Shown here one piece after another: positions 10,690 to 24,042 of a stretch of 64,000 nucleotides of DNA. The notes beneath the pieces are model-generated. The model saw only the letters and a list, made by a program, of their open reading frames with translations, was not told the DNA's origin and did no database searches. This DNA is from Octopus sinensis (taxonomy: Eukaryota). Location: positions 26,536,001-26,600,000 of the forward strand of contig NC_042997.1 of assembly GCF_006345805.1 (NCBI RefSeq), read 5' to 3'. Each line of letters opens with the position of its first letter. Positions within the stretch are counted from its first letter, which is position 1. A program made the position numbers and the translations under genes.

Positions 10690-13165
10690 GGTCCATGTTG
10701 TGACTTGACAAACAGTACAACAGTACACACATATTTTCAATCAACAGCATCACTATATTGGATACTGCGCGACGACTTAAATTATAATTTAAATAGATTT
10801 TATCTAGGACATTAACTCGGTGAATGCATTGAGAAAGGAAAAGGCATGAGAAGTCGATCTCAAGAAGAAATCTTGGATTGGAGTCCTTTAGAAGGTTTGG
10901 TGCCCTCTTTGGTATCTTTTCGTCAACTATAGAGTAGGTGCAGTTCTCCAACTTTCTAAAGAAATTTACCAAGGAGAAGGCCACTGTAATGTGAAAACTA
11001 ACCTAAAGGCTGGTGATCACCGCAGCCGACTTAGCCTGCTGAGCCACTGTGGTCACACCTCCAAGTCTAAAGTGTAAGATCCAGTGGGGTGGACTGACTT
11101 TTACTTTATACCGCTTAAACTTATATAACCATTTAATGGCGTGCCACTCTACTTCGTGATATTCGGACACAAAGAAATTGTTATCATCACATTTGACTGT
11201 CAGCTATCCTACAAACCTGTGTCCCTTTTCCATTGTATAATATACTTGTGTATCAGCACTTTTGAACATTTTAAAATGTATTATCAGCATTTATCAATCT
11301 CACAAACATTTACTGAATCAATTTCCATAAACAGAAATGTATTTAACGTGTTGTGTTATGTATATTCCAGAATATTCAATTTCTAAATTGTTTTCTCTAA
11401 AGGAACAGGCAAGCAAATTTGTGGCATTGATTGATACATTGATATGCTTTCTAAAAATCCGTTGGGTCCACAGCAAACATTGTTAAGTTTCAGCCCTATT
11501 TATAATTCCTTCTACCAGCCAAACGTGCAAGCAATATCTATAGCTGCTTTTAGATATAAATGAAAGAATATGAAATTCAGTTTTTTTTTTCAAATGCGTA
11601 TGTAATACATCTACATATATATTATACCCTTATGACCAAATGCCAGAATTCTATACTTTCATATATTTTTATAAATTTATAAATGTATTTATACACAAAC
11701 GTACATAAACATGTGCACATTTATGTATGTATGTGTGTGTCTACTTGTATATCAAGGTGTATTTATGAGAAATTGTGTTGCAGTTTTCTTGAAGCATTTT
11801 GACAAAATAGTCTTTTTTTTAAAAGCAGGTTTAAAAAACAACGGCTGTCTGGAGCTTCAACTTAAATACAAAATAAATAAATGAATAAAAACTACTTTAA
11901 AGGATTTATCAGTCCGATGTTTTTAGAGAAATATACCATTTAAAAAATAATTACCAGAAGTACTGGAGAATACGCTTAGCTCATAGCAATTTTCAAGTGA
12001 GCTTGAGATATAAATTGTATTGTACAGGCTATTTATCAGTTTCAGAATTCTGTTTACAGGCGTCGATTACACTATACTGGTGCAACTTTTCTCGTAGATT
12101 GTTCATGAATAGACAACTTCTTTCATTTACAAGCATCGAAGACCTCGCTGGGTGACACTCAGAGTAACTGTGACATCATGGATCCGGCATTTAACTCTGT
12201 ACATGTTGTTTGAAAAGGTGCGTGTGAGGATACGTTCTTTGAGTCAGATGCTAAAGTGCTGAAACTGTGTTGAAAATATATTGACAGTATTTGGTGTAAT
12301 CTCTCTGGCAGCTGAAGTAAATGGACAAAAGCATCAGTGATTTTAATGCAGCAGTTGGTCAGCGTGCAAAGTTTAGCGTCTTCAGGAAGGATTTCCATAT
12401 GGTAGATTCTGAATTTCAGCTGTACAACCGAACTTTCCAATATATAGCCTAACACATTACAATTGTTGTTATCTTGCTTTCATCCTACTTAGGCAGATAA
12501 ATAAAGTGCCAGTCGAGTAGTGTGGTGTTCCCTCTGCTCTCTGTCCCCGGATCTCTGTCTCTCTGTCTCTCTCTTCTCTCCTCCCACTCTCTCTCGCTCT
12601 GCTGACTCAGAATCAGCTGTGCTTGAAAGGATAACGAAAAGAGCGTTCGCTTTATTTCCTTCATAACCATTTTGTCACTGCCCTGTGGATTCGCTAGTAA
12701 TGAAATTCTGTCTTGAAACTGTAAAGGAAGTAACAGCATGGCTTTGATCTTAACATCAACAAGTGGTATCGTGATCAAAATGTCGTACGGATGACTTGTT
12801 TAAGGTGAAAATCTAAGCTTTGTTGTATGAAAAATGTATGCAGGTATGTATTCTGTAATCAGATCCGTCGTAAAGATGTAATTATTACATCAAGTAAAGC
12901 TTAAATAATTCGGGCTAAAGTTATTCGCTGAAACTCATGTGAGGATGTTAATCAATAAATGATTTCAGAACAATATCTTAATTGTCGTTATACACGTACA
13001 CCCGCGCGTGCATAGAAGCTCAGCTGTGCATGTACCTATTTATGCATATATCTATACATTTTCATCTGCATTTTTTGTCTCCCTCTATCTCTCTTCCTCT
13101 CTTTCTTTCTTTCTTTCTTTTTTCTTTCTTTCTTTCTTTCTCTCTCTCTCTCTCTCTGTCTCTGG

Positions 13166-13205
<40 letters not shown>

Positions 13206-13214
13206 GCTGGAGTT

Positions 13215-13360
13215 GAACTAGGGACAGCTGATGAAGGGGATTTTTCCTTGTGTAGTTGTCTTGTACTCTGTGTTTTCGTTGTTAAAAAAATGGTCCGTTG
13301 CATGCTGTTTTTACGTTTTCGTTTCTCGTTGCGTTCTACGTCTATTTGTGGTGTCCTGTA
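13215..13360 (+). mobile_element. Unclassified non-coding repeat (GGGACAGCTGATGAAGGGG...TTTCGTTG family)
   Basis: Homologous to 29310-29450 (+) and 34945-35110 (-). Confidence 0.55.
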
Positions 13361-13538
13361 CACACGTATATATATTTATATATGCATGTATATATACATG
13401 TAGATGTAGGTACGTACATATATGTTTGTACGTACGCATATATTTTATTTATTACACTATTGTATGACTGAGCGCCTTCGCGTCGATTCGATTCGATTCG
13501 TTTGGTTTGGTTTCGTTACTTCTTCTTCTCTAAGCTGG

Positions 13539-13564
<26 letters not shown>

Positions 13565-13569
<5 letters not shown>

Positions 13570-13890
13570 GTTGGACAAAAAATACCAACACCTAGCATCG
13601 TAGCACCATAATTTTGAAATATCTACAAAACAGTCAAAAGCTTGTTATTTTTATGTTTTTATTTTATTTATTATTAGTGTTGCTTAATATATTCTGCTAG
13701 AATTGCTGTTTCTTTTCAGATATCATCAGGAAAAGGTAATTAAAATTTATTAATATGAAGACAGATGTATCGCACTTTCAAAGAGGTCAAATTGTCGGTG
13801 CTCGTATGGTATGTACTAGCGTGACGAAAACAGCCGATATGTTTAGTGTCACAAGAAGTACTGTCTCGGAGATAATGACAGCCTTTTATA
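13565..13890 (+). mobile_element. Tc1-like transposon 5' fragment (TIR plus transposase N-terminus)
   Basis: TA-GGGGTTGGACAAAA terminus after (TA)n; ATG at 13755 gives MKTDVSHFQRGQIVGARMVCTSVTKTADMFSVTRSTVSEIMTAF, a Tc1 paired-like HTH start. Confidence 0.85.
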
Positions 13891-13994
13891 GTTGCATTTA
13901 GTAGTTTTAATGGAGTTGTTCTATCAATATTCATTTAGCGTGTATGTATATGTACATATACACACTTACACACACACACACGTATATATAGATG

Positions 13995-14400
13995 AAGGAG
14001 ATTGAAAAATTTACGACTCTACTCCGTGAAGCGAAGACGAGAGAGTTATACAGAGATATACAAAGAAGATCCTAAAGGTCTTGGCATCAAACTTTAACAT
14101 CAAGTTATACGACTCCTGAAACGGACGCCACTGCACTGCTCTAAATGTCTCACCCATTCTGTCTTCACTGACGTTCAGGTACTGCAGTAGCTTGGGATAC
14201 AAAGGTCCACAGCTATTTAATATAATGCAAAATAAAAAAAATAGAGATCTATATTCAGCATGGTAGATATTTTCATGAAACAACTTGATCTCCAGCTGTT
14301 GATACTCCCGGATTAACCCTACATCGCGTCAAGAAACGGAAAAGAGGACAGTAATATCCAACTCATTCCTTCAAAAGCCAAAAAACAAATGAATGACAAA
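13995..14400 (+). mobile_element. CR1-type LINE 3' remnant
   Basis: LKNLRLYSVKRRRESY...CSSLGYKGPQLFN...FMKQLDLQLLILPD*P, colinear with the 3' part of the LINE at 50.6-51.8 kb. Confidence 0.75.
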
Positions 14401-14416
14401 AGAAAAGGTGATAATA

Positions 14417-14825
14417 GGCGCAGAAGTGGCTGTGTGGTAAGTAGCTTGTTTACCAACCACATGGTTCCGGGTTCAGTCCCACTGCGTGGCACCTTGGGCA
14501 AGTGTCTTCTACTATAGCCTTGGGCCGACCAAAGCCTTGTGAGTGGATTTGGTAGACGGAAACTGAAAGAAGCCCGTTGTATATATGTATATATATATAT
14601 GTGCGTGTGTGTGTGTTTGTGTGTCTGTGTCTGTCCCCTAGCATTGCTTGACAACCGATGCTGGTGTGCTTATGTCCCCGTTACTTAGCGGTTCGGCAAA
14701 AGAGACCGATAGAATAAGTACTAGGCTGACAAAGAATAAGTCCCGGGGTCGAGTTGCTCGATTAAAGGCTGTGCTCCAGCATGGCCGCAGTCAAATGACT
14801 GAAACAAGTAAAAGAGTAAAAGAGT
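14417..14825 (+). mobile_element. SINE family A, full length
   Basis: GGCGCAGAAGTGGCTGTGTGG head to GAGTAAAAGAGT tail. Confidence 0.9.
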
Positions 14826-14884
14826 AATACTGGCGGTGGCCCCAGCATGTTCACAGTATTTGGGCTAAAACAAATAATATGTGT

Positions 14885-15485
14885 GTTCCAGAAATTCCGA
14901 GCCAGAAACTACAGCCCAGAAGACGAGCTACGTCCTGTTAAATCTGAAGAGGTCGATGCGTCCTGCAAACGCAGGTGGAACGAAATCCCAGCGTAACTGT
15001 TGAGGAACCAGCAGAAAAGTTTGGATTTGGTCATTCAACCATTCATCGAAACCTGTGTGACATCGGAAAAGTCATTGGAAAAGTCAATGGGTTCCTCACA
15101 AACTTTCCGGGTTTAATCGCGCGCAGAGAATGAATGTGTGTTCTTCTTTGCTGTCACGCCTCATAAATGAATATTCTTTGGACCGAATAGTGACGAGAAA
15201 TGGGTTGTCTATAAAAATGTCAAGCACCGAAGACAATGGGTAGAGGAAAGAGAAACAGCGGCACTCCAGGTTAAAGAAGATATTCACCCACGTAAGGGGC
15301 TGCTATCTTAATCCACTTTAGACTTTTAAAGCCAAACCAAACGATAACAATGGGGTCTATTGTGAGCAACTTGAGCGGCTAGAAGAAAAATAACGTATTT
15401 TGTTCCAAGACAAAAGGTATTCATCCATCAGGATAATGCTCGGCTACATACAGCGAAGATGACATTCCAAAGGGCGGAGCACATT
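14885..15485 (+). mobile_element. Mariner transposase remnant (same family as 57.0-58.2 kb)
   Basis: FQKFRARNYSPED, QWVPHKLSG, DEKWVVYKNVK, IHPRKG, IHQDNARLHTA motifs with frameshifts; nucleotide similarity to 57340-58190. Confidence 0.85.
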
Positions 15486-15530
15486 GATATGTGTGTGTGC
15501 GTGTGTGTGTATGTGTGTGTGTGTGTGTGT

Positions 15531-15575
<45 letters not shown>

Positions 15576-15653
15576 TATGTATGAATGTATGTATTTTGTT
15601 TATGTGTCATTTAGATGAAAGAACATCAGTGTGTCAGTGATTTTGCTGGTATT

Positions 15654-15825
15654 GCGGCGAACTGGCAGAAACGTTAGCACGCCGGGCGAAATGTGTAGGC
15701 GTATTTCGTCTGCCGCTACGTTCTGAGTTCAAATTCCGCCGAGGTCGACTTTGCCTTTCATCCTTTCGGGGTCGATTAAATAAGTACCAGTTTAGCCCCT
15801 TGTGGGTAGTAAAGAAATAGGTATT
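15654..15825 (+). mobile_element. SINE family B (head GGCGGCGAGCTGGCAGAAACGTTAG), internally deleted
   Basis: B-box-like GAGTTCAAATTCC; jumps from ACCAGTT to TAGCCCCTTGTGGG relative to the 54513 copy. Confidence 0.85.
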
Positions 15826-16250
15826 GTGGTAGCAGACAGCAAACATCTTGTGAATATTGCATTGATAATAGAAAAAGGATTCAGAAGCATATAAAAATTC
15901 ATATCCTACATATATGGACATATATACACATAAACATATGTAACCAAACATAATATTTGAATCAAGAAATTAATACCCCATGATGAAAATAAACGCTGAA
16001 AATTAAACTGGCGCCATGGACGCTAAACGTTGGCTTCAATACGTTTCGTTAAATAAGCATATCTTGCCTCTTCACTCGATATATCTTTTAAAGTAAAAGG
16101 AGAGCATAAAATACCATGAAAATAGGAACTAGATAGCAATTATGTGTTACGTGACCGAAGTGTTGGCGTAGTTTGCATATGAATATGAATATTCCATCCA
16201 ATCTATACTCTCTCTCTCTCTCTCTCTCTCTTTCACTTGTATCTATATGA

Positions 16251-16313
<63 letters not shown>

Positions 16314-16391
16314 TATGAATATATATGTAACACACGTATATACAGAAAGAGGAAGAGAAATTGTCTCCCCAACTCATACATACACACCCGC

Positions 16392-16443
<52 letters not shown>

Positions 16444-16554
16444 ATATATATACACGCCCGCACACAAGCGTATATGCATGTGTATTTGCGTATTTTCATT
16501 AGCGCATATAGATATTAATAAAGCTGAAATACAAATGCATATCATAACAACTGC

Positions 16555-16656
16555 AACAACAAAATCAATAATAATAATTAAAACAACAATAATCATAATA
16601 ATAATAATAATAATAACAACAACAACAATAATAATAATAATAATAATAATAATAAC
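16555..16656 (+). repeat. (AAT)n/(AAC)n microsatellite abutting a Dong fragment
   Basis: Directly visible. Confidence 0.9.
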
Positions 16657-18010
16657 CTCAAAATTTATGGTAAGGATGAACCCCAAGTCAGTTCCCTCGT
16701 TGTTACGGTGCATAACTTCAGTGCTAATTTCAGAATGGAGTTCGGACTGAGAAGGTGTGGTTTGTTAGTATTGAAGAGAGGCAAAATAAAATGGATGGAC
16801 GGACTAACGATACCGTCGGGGGAGGTTATGAAGCAGATAGAAGAGACGGGCTATAAATACTTGGGGATTTTGGAAATGGAGAAATTGATGGAGAAAGAAA
16901 TGACAGAAACATTTAAGGTGGAGTACTTGCACAGACTGAGATTGATCCTTAAGTCGAAAATAAACGGACAGAATAAGATCGAAGCTATCAACATCTGGGT
17001 GGTTTCACTCCTTAGATATGGAGCAGGGGTAATCGCATGGACAGCAAAAGAACTAAACAGCTTAGACAGAAAGACAAGGAAGTTGCTAACTAGATATGGA
17101 TCACTCCCCACCCAAAAGTGACACAGACACACTATGTGTACTAAGAAAAAGCCGGGGAAGAGGACTTATTGGATGCGAACTCAGCATTAGAGCAGAAGAA
17201 AACATATCATGGTATGTAAAAAATGCCACAGAATCGCTATTACTAGAAGTAAGAAAGCCTGGCTTGTGTACGGTGAAAGATTGCAAAGATAAAGTACTAT
17301 ACAAGAAATTGAAAACGAATGAAACTAAAAATAGGTGGGTAAAGAAAAGAATGACAGAGAAAAAGATGGCTCTGGATGAGTAAAATTGATTTAAAACCGG
17401 AAACGGAGGCTCTTATCTGTGCTGCCTGCCCAAGAGCAAGCATTAAGAACAAACTACATAAAATGCAGAATAAACAACACACCAGAAAGTGATAAGTGCA
17501 GAATCTGTGGACAAAACGGGGAAACCGTATGACATATTACCAGCCAATGTACGTTACCAGTCCAGAAGGAATATAAGAGACGCCACGACAATGTAGCCAG
17601 GCCTGTCCATTGGACACTTTGCAATAAGTATGGACTTGACAGAGCAAAAAATTGGTACGACCACAAACCTGAATGAATTGTCAAAAATAGAAATGCACAG
17701 ATCCTATGAGATTTTATGATTCAGTGCGACCGTGAGATAGAGAATAGGACGTCAGATATAGTCTTAATTGAGAAATACAAGAAACTATGCTGGATCATTG
17801 ATATCGCATGCCCAGCTGACAACAAGGCATGCGATAAGGAAGAAAGAAAAGTCGAGCGATATGACAGGTTAGCTAAGGAAGTTAAGTAGTTGTGATCGAG
17901 GAAAAAAGGTAGCAGTTGTACCAATAATTGTTGGAGCCCTGGAAACAGTGAGCAAAAATCTTGAGAAGTACATGGAACAAATACGGGCTGCAATAAGGGG
18001 GGAACACTTA
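16654..18010 (+). mobile_element. R4/Dong-type RLE retrotransposon, 5'- and 3'-truncated pseudogene (RT C-terminal part, CCHC finger, RLE)
   Basis: LKIYGKDE...MEFGLRRCG...YKYLGILE...AINIWVVSLLRYGAG...RGRGL; ETEALICAAQEQALRTNY; CRICGQNGETV*HITSQC; RHDNVA; DIVLIEK...IIDIACP. Confidence 0.92.
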
Positions 18011-19209
18011 GTAATCTTAATGAAAAAGTTAGTGGACCCTAGGATAAACGTTATAGCAGCCAGCAGACAAATAAAACAAAAAAAATAGTTTCGATTGAAT
18101 GCATTTTATCTAACCCTGATCGATACGATAAATATCAAATGGCATACTGAGGTCGATATTTGCGTCACATTATTCCAATTATGGTTCAAAATCATTTTTA
18201 TCATAATTAATTATAGGTTTTGCTCTCTTAAGATCTTTATTGTCGCAGCTATTTCACCAATCATTTCACCAATCCGTCACCATTTCTATCTCTCTTTCCC
18301 TCCCTCTCTCTACTTCTTCCTCTTTCTCTCTCTCTGTCTCTGTCCTAACACACACAAATATGTATACACACATGCACATACCTTCACACACAAACGCATG
18401 AACACACAGAATCACTCACACACGCACACACACATATATATATTAAGAGTGTATTTGAGTGTATGAATCTTAGAATATAAGCACGTATATTTAACAAAGT
18501 TTACTTAATTAACAGCTGTCATCTTATGGAAATTAAAGACCAATTAACAATTATATGGAACCGTCAAATAACTTAATTGAAGACATAATTCTTTTATTAG
18601 TGAAATGAATCCAATTAGAATTAAAACTGTGTATAACATATAATCACTTTGAAAGAAATTAATTTAGGCGTTTTTGGATTAACTTTTCGCTGATTCATTT
18701 ATAAGTACACACTTAGAACATTTAGAACATCTAGAAATAAATATGTATGATCAGCGTAAATTACCGGTTAGCTACTGGATATTCGACGCTCTGACCTTAT
18801 CAATAGTTTCATGTACCCATACAGATTGTCTGCCTTTCATTCACCATTTCTATCTCTCTTTCCCTCCCCCTCTCTCTTTCTCACACACAAAAATATATAT
18901 AAATACACACACCCTCACACTCAAACGCGGCGTGAACACACACACACACAATCACATAGGAAATTACACAGAGAAATATTCCTTTGACTGTTTATTATAT
19001 ATTCACTTGTACTCATTTACCAGCGCCAGTCAATATTTTAATATGATTTATAAGCAAACTTTTTACTTCATATTTCCACCACCGTCGAATATTAAAAGTG
19101 TTCAACATTGTCAAATTGTATAGTTCATATGTAATCTCAAAATATTTGATCTCATCAGATCGTTTCTTAGGAAAGAAAAAAAAAATATTGCCCTCATAAC
19201 TCCCCCTAC

Positions 19210-19420
19210 TCTTCTTCTTCTTCTTCTTCTTCTTCTTCTTCTTCTTCTTCTTCTTCTTCTTCTTCTTCTTCTTCTTCTTCTTCTTCTTCTTCTTCTTCTT
19301 CTTCTTCTTCTTCTTCTTCTTCTTCTTTCTTTTAAAATTCTTTCTTTTTATCTTCTTTATTCTTCTTCTTATTTCATTTCTTTTTATCTTCTTCTCAACC
19401 TCATCATCACCACCACCACC

Positions 19421-19454
<34 letters not shown>

Positions 19455-19455
19455 A
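19210..19455. repeat. Compound (TTC)n...(CAC)n(CAT)n trinucleotide microsatellite
   Basis: Directly visible; source of the poly-K/G/D ORF at 19013-19597. Confidence 0.92.
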
Positions 19456-21479
19456 TGTTCCTAGGACGACAAAGAGCAAAAACTAATCGTAAAAAGAGAA
19501 TTCTAATTCTAATAGGAAGACTCGGGACAGATTGCTCGCGACGGAAAATCTCAGCTGCTACGTATAGAGCAGTAAAGGGTCCTGTGACGTCCATCAACCC
19601 ACAAGTGATCGAGAACTTAAGAAAAAGCAGTAACAGTGATAGCAGACATAGGATTCTATTCCTACGTATCCCACCAAAAATAAAAATTAAAAAAGCGCAG
19701 ATAACTTCGAAAGAGATCCATACTTTCTGTCTTTTAGGGACGATTCCTCACCGGGCAGCGTTCCAATATAGTCTGAGAACTTTAAGGCAGAGATGGAAGT
19801 TTTGAGCAACTTTGGTGGATTTCTGGGGACAGACGAAAGAACAAATAAGAGAAGACACCCACTATTCGCAAGAATATATCTCGAGATATGCAAATACACT
19901 GGATAATGGTAGATCGCATTTAGCTTTTTCTAAAGTTAAGATCAGTGGCGAATGTTTTACCAATGAACTTCGGAGGCACTTGAAATTGGTAAGATTGATT
20001 CTGTTGACAAGTTTTATTTTGACTTTGCAGATTGCCGGTTAATTGAACAAATGGTCAGGATTTCCTGAGTGCTTCTATTTTGAAGGAGATAAACTAGGTT
20101 TAGTGTCCAATTACTACAGTAGCCTTTAGGGATTTACTTTAGGACGGGTGGCTCTCAGTTTAATAAATACCAGAACTCTCAAATAAGTATATCTTTCTCC
20201 GCATCCACCTTTATAAATGAGAATTCTATACGTATAACTCTTCTCCCGCAGCCATGTTATAGAATAAGATTAATAAGTAGGAAATCACCTACATTTCATT
20301 AAACATGGTAATCTGTATACCTGCTTTTCAATACTCAGAGTCCCACCCAGGATGTGTTTTATAGATTTAATTTTGTTTCGTTTTTTGAAGTGGAATTATC
20401 TCTTTTTATGTAATTTTGTTATCTTGTAAAACATTGTTATCAGACAGATAGAAAATTGCCTAGTGAACGATGGGTGGTTGCTTTGAGACTTGTAGTCTAG
20501 AATGCTCGTCTATGAAGATAGTGTTAAGGGCTTTCCCTAACTTGTTTATTTTTCTGTCAAAGTATCTATATAAATATTAAGAAGTTCTGTTATATTTTTC
20601 ACTATACTGAAATTAATCCAGTGAAGGGAATCAATTAATATGTTTATTTACTCTCTGTACTCTCAAACCTTTTATTACATAAAAATCTTTATATTTCTAT
20701 TTATAGGTTCCATAAAATTTCGCTTTCCTGCAATAATATTTTGATAAGAAGGGATCATGATGTCCACCATAGAGCTTACGATTTTCTTTTCATCTATCCG
20801 TGTAATATTCGGAAAGTTCGCTTTGAACTTTTAGTCAATCTGTACAGGGTAGAAATATTTCTATCGCCAGTAATTATGGGTGCATAATTATATTATGCAA
20901 AATTAGTGCATACCTATTGCAATTATACTGTTTCGATGGTAGCATAGCAAAGCAAAGCATACTTGTGAACAAAAACACGCACGCGCACACACATATCGAA
21001 AGTATGTGTGTTCGAGAGTGAGTGTATGTGTGTGTGTTTATGTGTGCGTGAATGCGCGCGTGTGTGTGTGTGTGTATGTGTATTCAGAGTCAACTTTCGA
21101 TTGTTTTATACTGAATACTTCATATACAGTTGACTTAAGCGTTCACCACTAATGTTTATCCACTCCACCTATTATTTATTGCAACTACGTAAATAATGAC
21201 GTCTAGTGTTTTTGCCTAATCTGTTTGCTCAAACGAATTGACTGCTTAAAGTTTCTGCTCTGGCGTCAAAAAATACTGAAGCTAAGAAATTCAGAGATTT
21301 TAAATCAATAATTATAAAGATATATGATTTCAAATTTCTTTTCTAATTTTTTTTCAATAATTACTCGTTATTAAAAATTTAGACATAGGCAAAGTGATCA
21401 AGTCGTACATGAAATTGAATATGTTACCATCCCACACACACCGATGAAACGCGGCACAAATTTCTTCAACCGGGAGTTG

Positions 21480-22934
21480 AATACATACAAGTTTCTCCAT
21501 TGAAAGTTTCTCCATTTTTTTTAGAGAAACATTGTCATCCGTTGATACTGCAGCATAGATTAGAAAGCATTATTTTCTTGTTTTATCTCTGATAACTATA
21601 TCCGGCCTATTGGCCTTAATTTCTCTATCTGCGTCTTTTGGCATATCCAAGAGTATGGTTGCTTACCCGTTTTCTGTGACCTTTTCTGGTGTGTGCTTAT
21701 ACTATATTTTTTCTGTTGTTATTCCATAGTATTGGCATAGCTTCTAGTGTATATATGTCCCAAATCTATCATGTCTGTGAATATATTCTTTCTTAGGCAG
21801 GACTTAGGCGCGTGGCTTAGTGGTTAGGGGCATTCGGCTCATGATCGTAAGGTCATGCGTTCAATTCCCGGCGGCGCGTTGTATCCCTGAGCAAGACACT
21901 TTATTTCACGTTGCTCCACTCTACTCAGCTGGCAAAAATGAGTAGTACCTGTATTTCAAAAGGGCCAGCCTTGTCACACACTGTGTCACGCTGAATCTCC
22001 CCGAGAACTACGTTAAGGATATACGTGTCTGTGGAGTGCTCAGCCACTTACACGTTAACTTCACGAGCAAGCTGTTCCGTTGATCGTATCAGCTGGGACC
22101 CTCGTCATCGTAACCGATGGAGTGCTCCTATCTTAGGCAGTACTGGGCAGCCAGGCACAATATGATTTATTGTATCGTCTCCATCTCCAAATATTCTGTA
22201 GTTACTTTTATTTCTTTTTATTACATGCTTTTGGTGAACTCTGGTGAGAACGCTTTGATCTTGTGCTGAAATTACAAATCCTCCAGTTTCTACTTTGAGT
22301 ACTGAGCTTCTCAGCGATTGATTTGGTATTGCTTTGTCAACCCAATATTTACAATGTAGGCGCATTCCTTGCCAACGTTTTATCATGATCCATTTCTGTT
22401 GAAGTTTAATTTGTATTTCAGTTATTTTACAGCTTTTGTTGTTTCTTCTTTTTCTTCATAGTTCTTAGGAACTATGACTTCTTTTTTGTATTTGTCAGCT
22501 TCGTTATAAACTGAAAACAGTTTTGTATTGTTTTGTTTGTGCTTTGTGGCTATTTGCATTAGTTTTCATTGATTCTAAAGTAAATATTTCTGTAGTCCTA
22601 TGGTGGTTATTTTGTAATAGTTTTCTAGCTGTATAAGGCCTCTACCACCTTCGATACGTTGTATATATAGACTTACTGTCAGAGTATGGGTGGTGCATCC
22701 TAAATCCTGTCATTATTTTTCTTGCGTTCCTGTCTATTTTAAATAGTTTATTTACAGACCACTTAAGAATATTGTAGATGTAACTTATAACTGGGACGGC
22801 TAGAGGGTTGATATTTATTATCTTGTCTTTCGCATTGTGCAATGTTTTTAGTATTAAACTAACTCGTGTATAGTATTCTTTTCTTATCTTCTCTTTCATT
22901 TGTGTGTATTGTATCGTATCTAATTCATTGATTT

Positions 22935-22941
<7 letters not shown>
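21480..22941 (-). mobile_element. R4/Dong-type retrotransposon fragment (second lineage), split by a SINE
   Basis: MKEKIRKEYYTRVSLILK...LAVPVISY...DRNARK; ETGGFVISAQDQS; DDTINHIVPGCPVLPK|KEYIHRHD; ANRPDIVIRDK...CFLI; frame resumes across the SINE at 21805-22130. Confidence 0.88.
21805..22130 (+). mobile_element. tRNA-headed SINE, family C (head GGCGCGTGGCTTAGTGGTTAGG), tail T2, with 10-bp TSD
   Basis: TCTTAGGCAG at 21791-21800 and 22131-22140; A/B-box-like motifs; central GAGCAAGACACTTTATTTCACGTTGCTCC. Confidence 0.9.
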
Positions 22942-22974
<33 letters not shown>

Positions 22975-23030
22975 CATTATCATCAACATCATCACCATCA
23001 TCATCATCATCATCTTCATAATTATTATCA

Positions 23031-23325
23031 TTGAGTGAGAGAGCCGTGCATGTCATCGAAGTGACACTGGGGTAAAATATACGAAGCCCAGTATACCTCT
23101 CAAGACTACCCGTCCAATAAGGTTACACCAGGCACCTACATCAAAAACATATGTGCGCTACGTGGTTTTCTCATATCAAGATAAACAGCGTATGACTTTG
23201 CAGGTGGGGCCCAATGAGGATGTTGTTTGTATAGAGTAGCCCATCCCACTCAAAATGTCCCTGAAAAAGGATCGTTTAAGGATGTTGAACAAAGCACCTA
23301 CGTTTCCAGAGGTGATTTATTGTAA
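23031..23325 (-). mobile_element. Non-coding (AAT)n-tailed element family E, copy 1
   Basis: Homologous to 24043-24542; plus strand starts TTGAGTGAGAGAG after (CAT/ATT)n. Confidence 0.85.
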
Positions 23326-23409
23326 TCAACTTTTGTCTCCCCAAATTTTAGACCTTATGCTTATAGTAGGAGGGATCGCCATCATCATCATCATCATCAT
23401 TGATAGTGT

Positions 23410-23535
23410 TGAGTGAAAGAGTAGCGCATGCTTTCAAAGTGACACCGGGTTAAATATACTCATCAGAAGTAACCTTCAGATAAGGACACACCAGGGACAT
23501 GCATCACCACCATATATGCGCGACATGGTGATTTT
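23410..23535 (-). mobile_element. Family E, copy 2 (short, diverged)
   Basis: GAGTGAAAGAG...AAAGTGACAC...GCGCGACATGGTGAT between (CAT)n and (ATT)n. Confidence 0.8.
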
Positions 23536-23563
23536 ATATCTATTATTATTATCATTATTATTA

Positions 23564-23622
<59 letters not shown>

Positions 23623-23638
23623 CATTATTATCATTATC

Positions 23639-23706
<68 letters not shown>

Positions 23707-23758
23707 CATTACTATTACTATTATTATTAGTAGTAGTAGTAGTATTATTATTATTATT

Positions 23759-23925
23759 GAGTGAGAGAGCAGTGCATGCCATCAAAGTGACACTGGGGTA
23801 AAATATACGAAGCCCAATATACCCATCATGACTACCCGTCTGATAAGGGTACACCAGGCACATGCATCACAACCATATGTGCGCGACATGGTAATCTCAT
23901 ATCAAGATAAACAGCACATGACCTT
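23759..23925 (-). mobile_element. Family E, copy 3 (5'-truncated)
   Basis: Near-identical to the first 167 plus-strand bases of copy 4; flanked by (ATT)n on both sides. Confidence 0.9.
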
Positions 23926-23935
23926 GTTATTATTA

Positions 23936-24011
<76 letters not shown>

Positions 24012-24042
24012 CATTATTACTATTATTATTATTATTATTATT

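Noticed and set aside
10475-10984. 169-aa minus-strand ORF
   Set aside because: Nearly half is antisense to the Dong fragment at 10386-10689; no motif recognised in the rest.
19803-19805. In-frame TGA as possible selenocysteine
   Set aside because: No selenoprotein-like context or SECIS recognised; a nonsense mutation in a relic is simpler.
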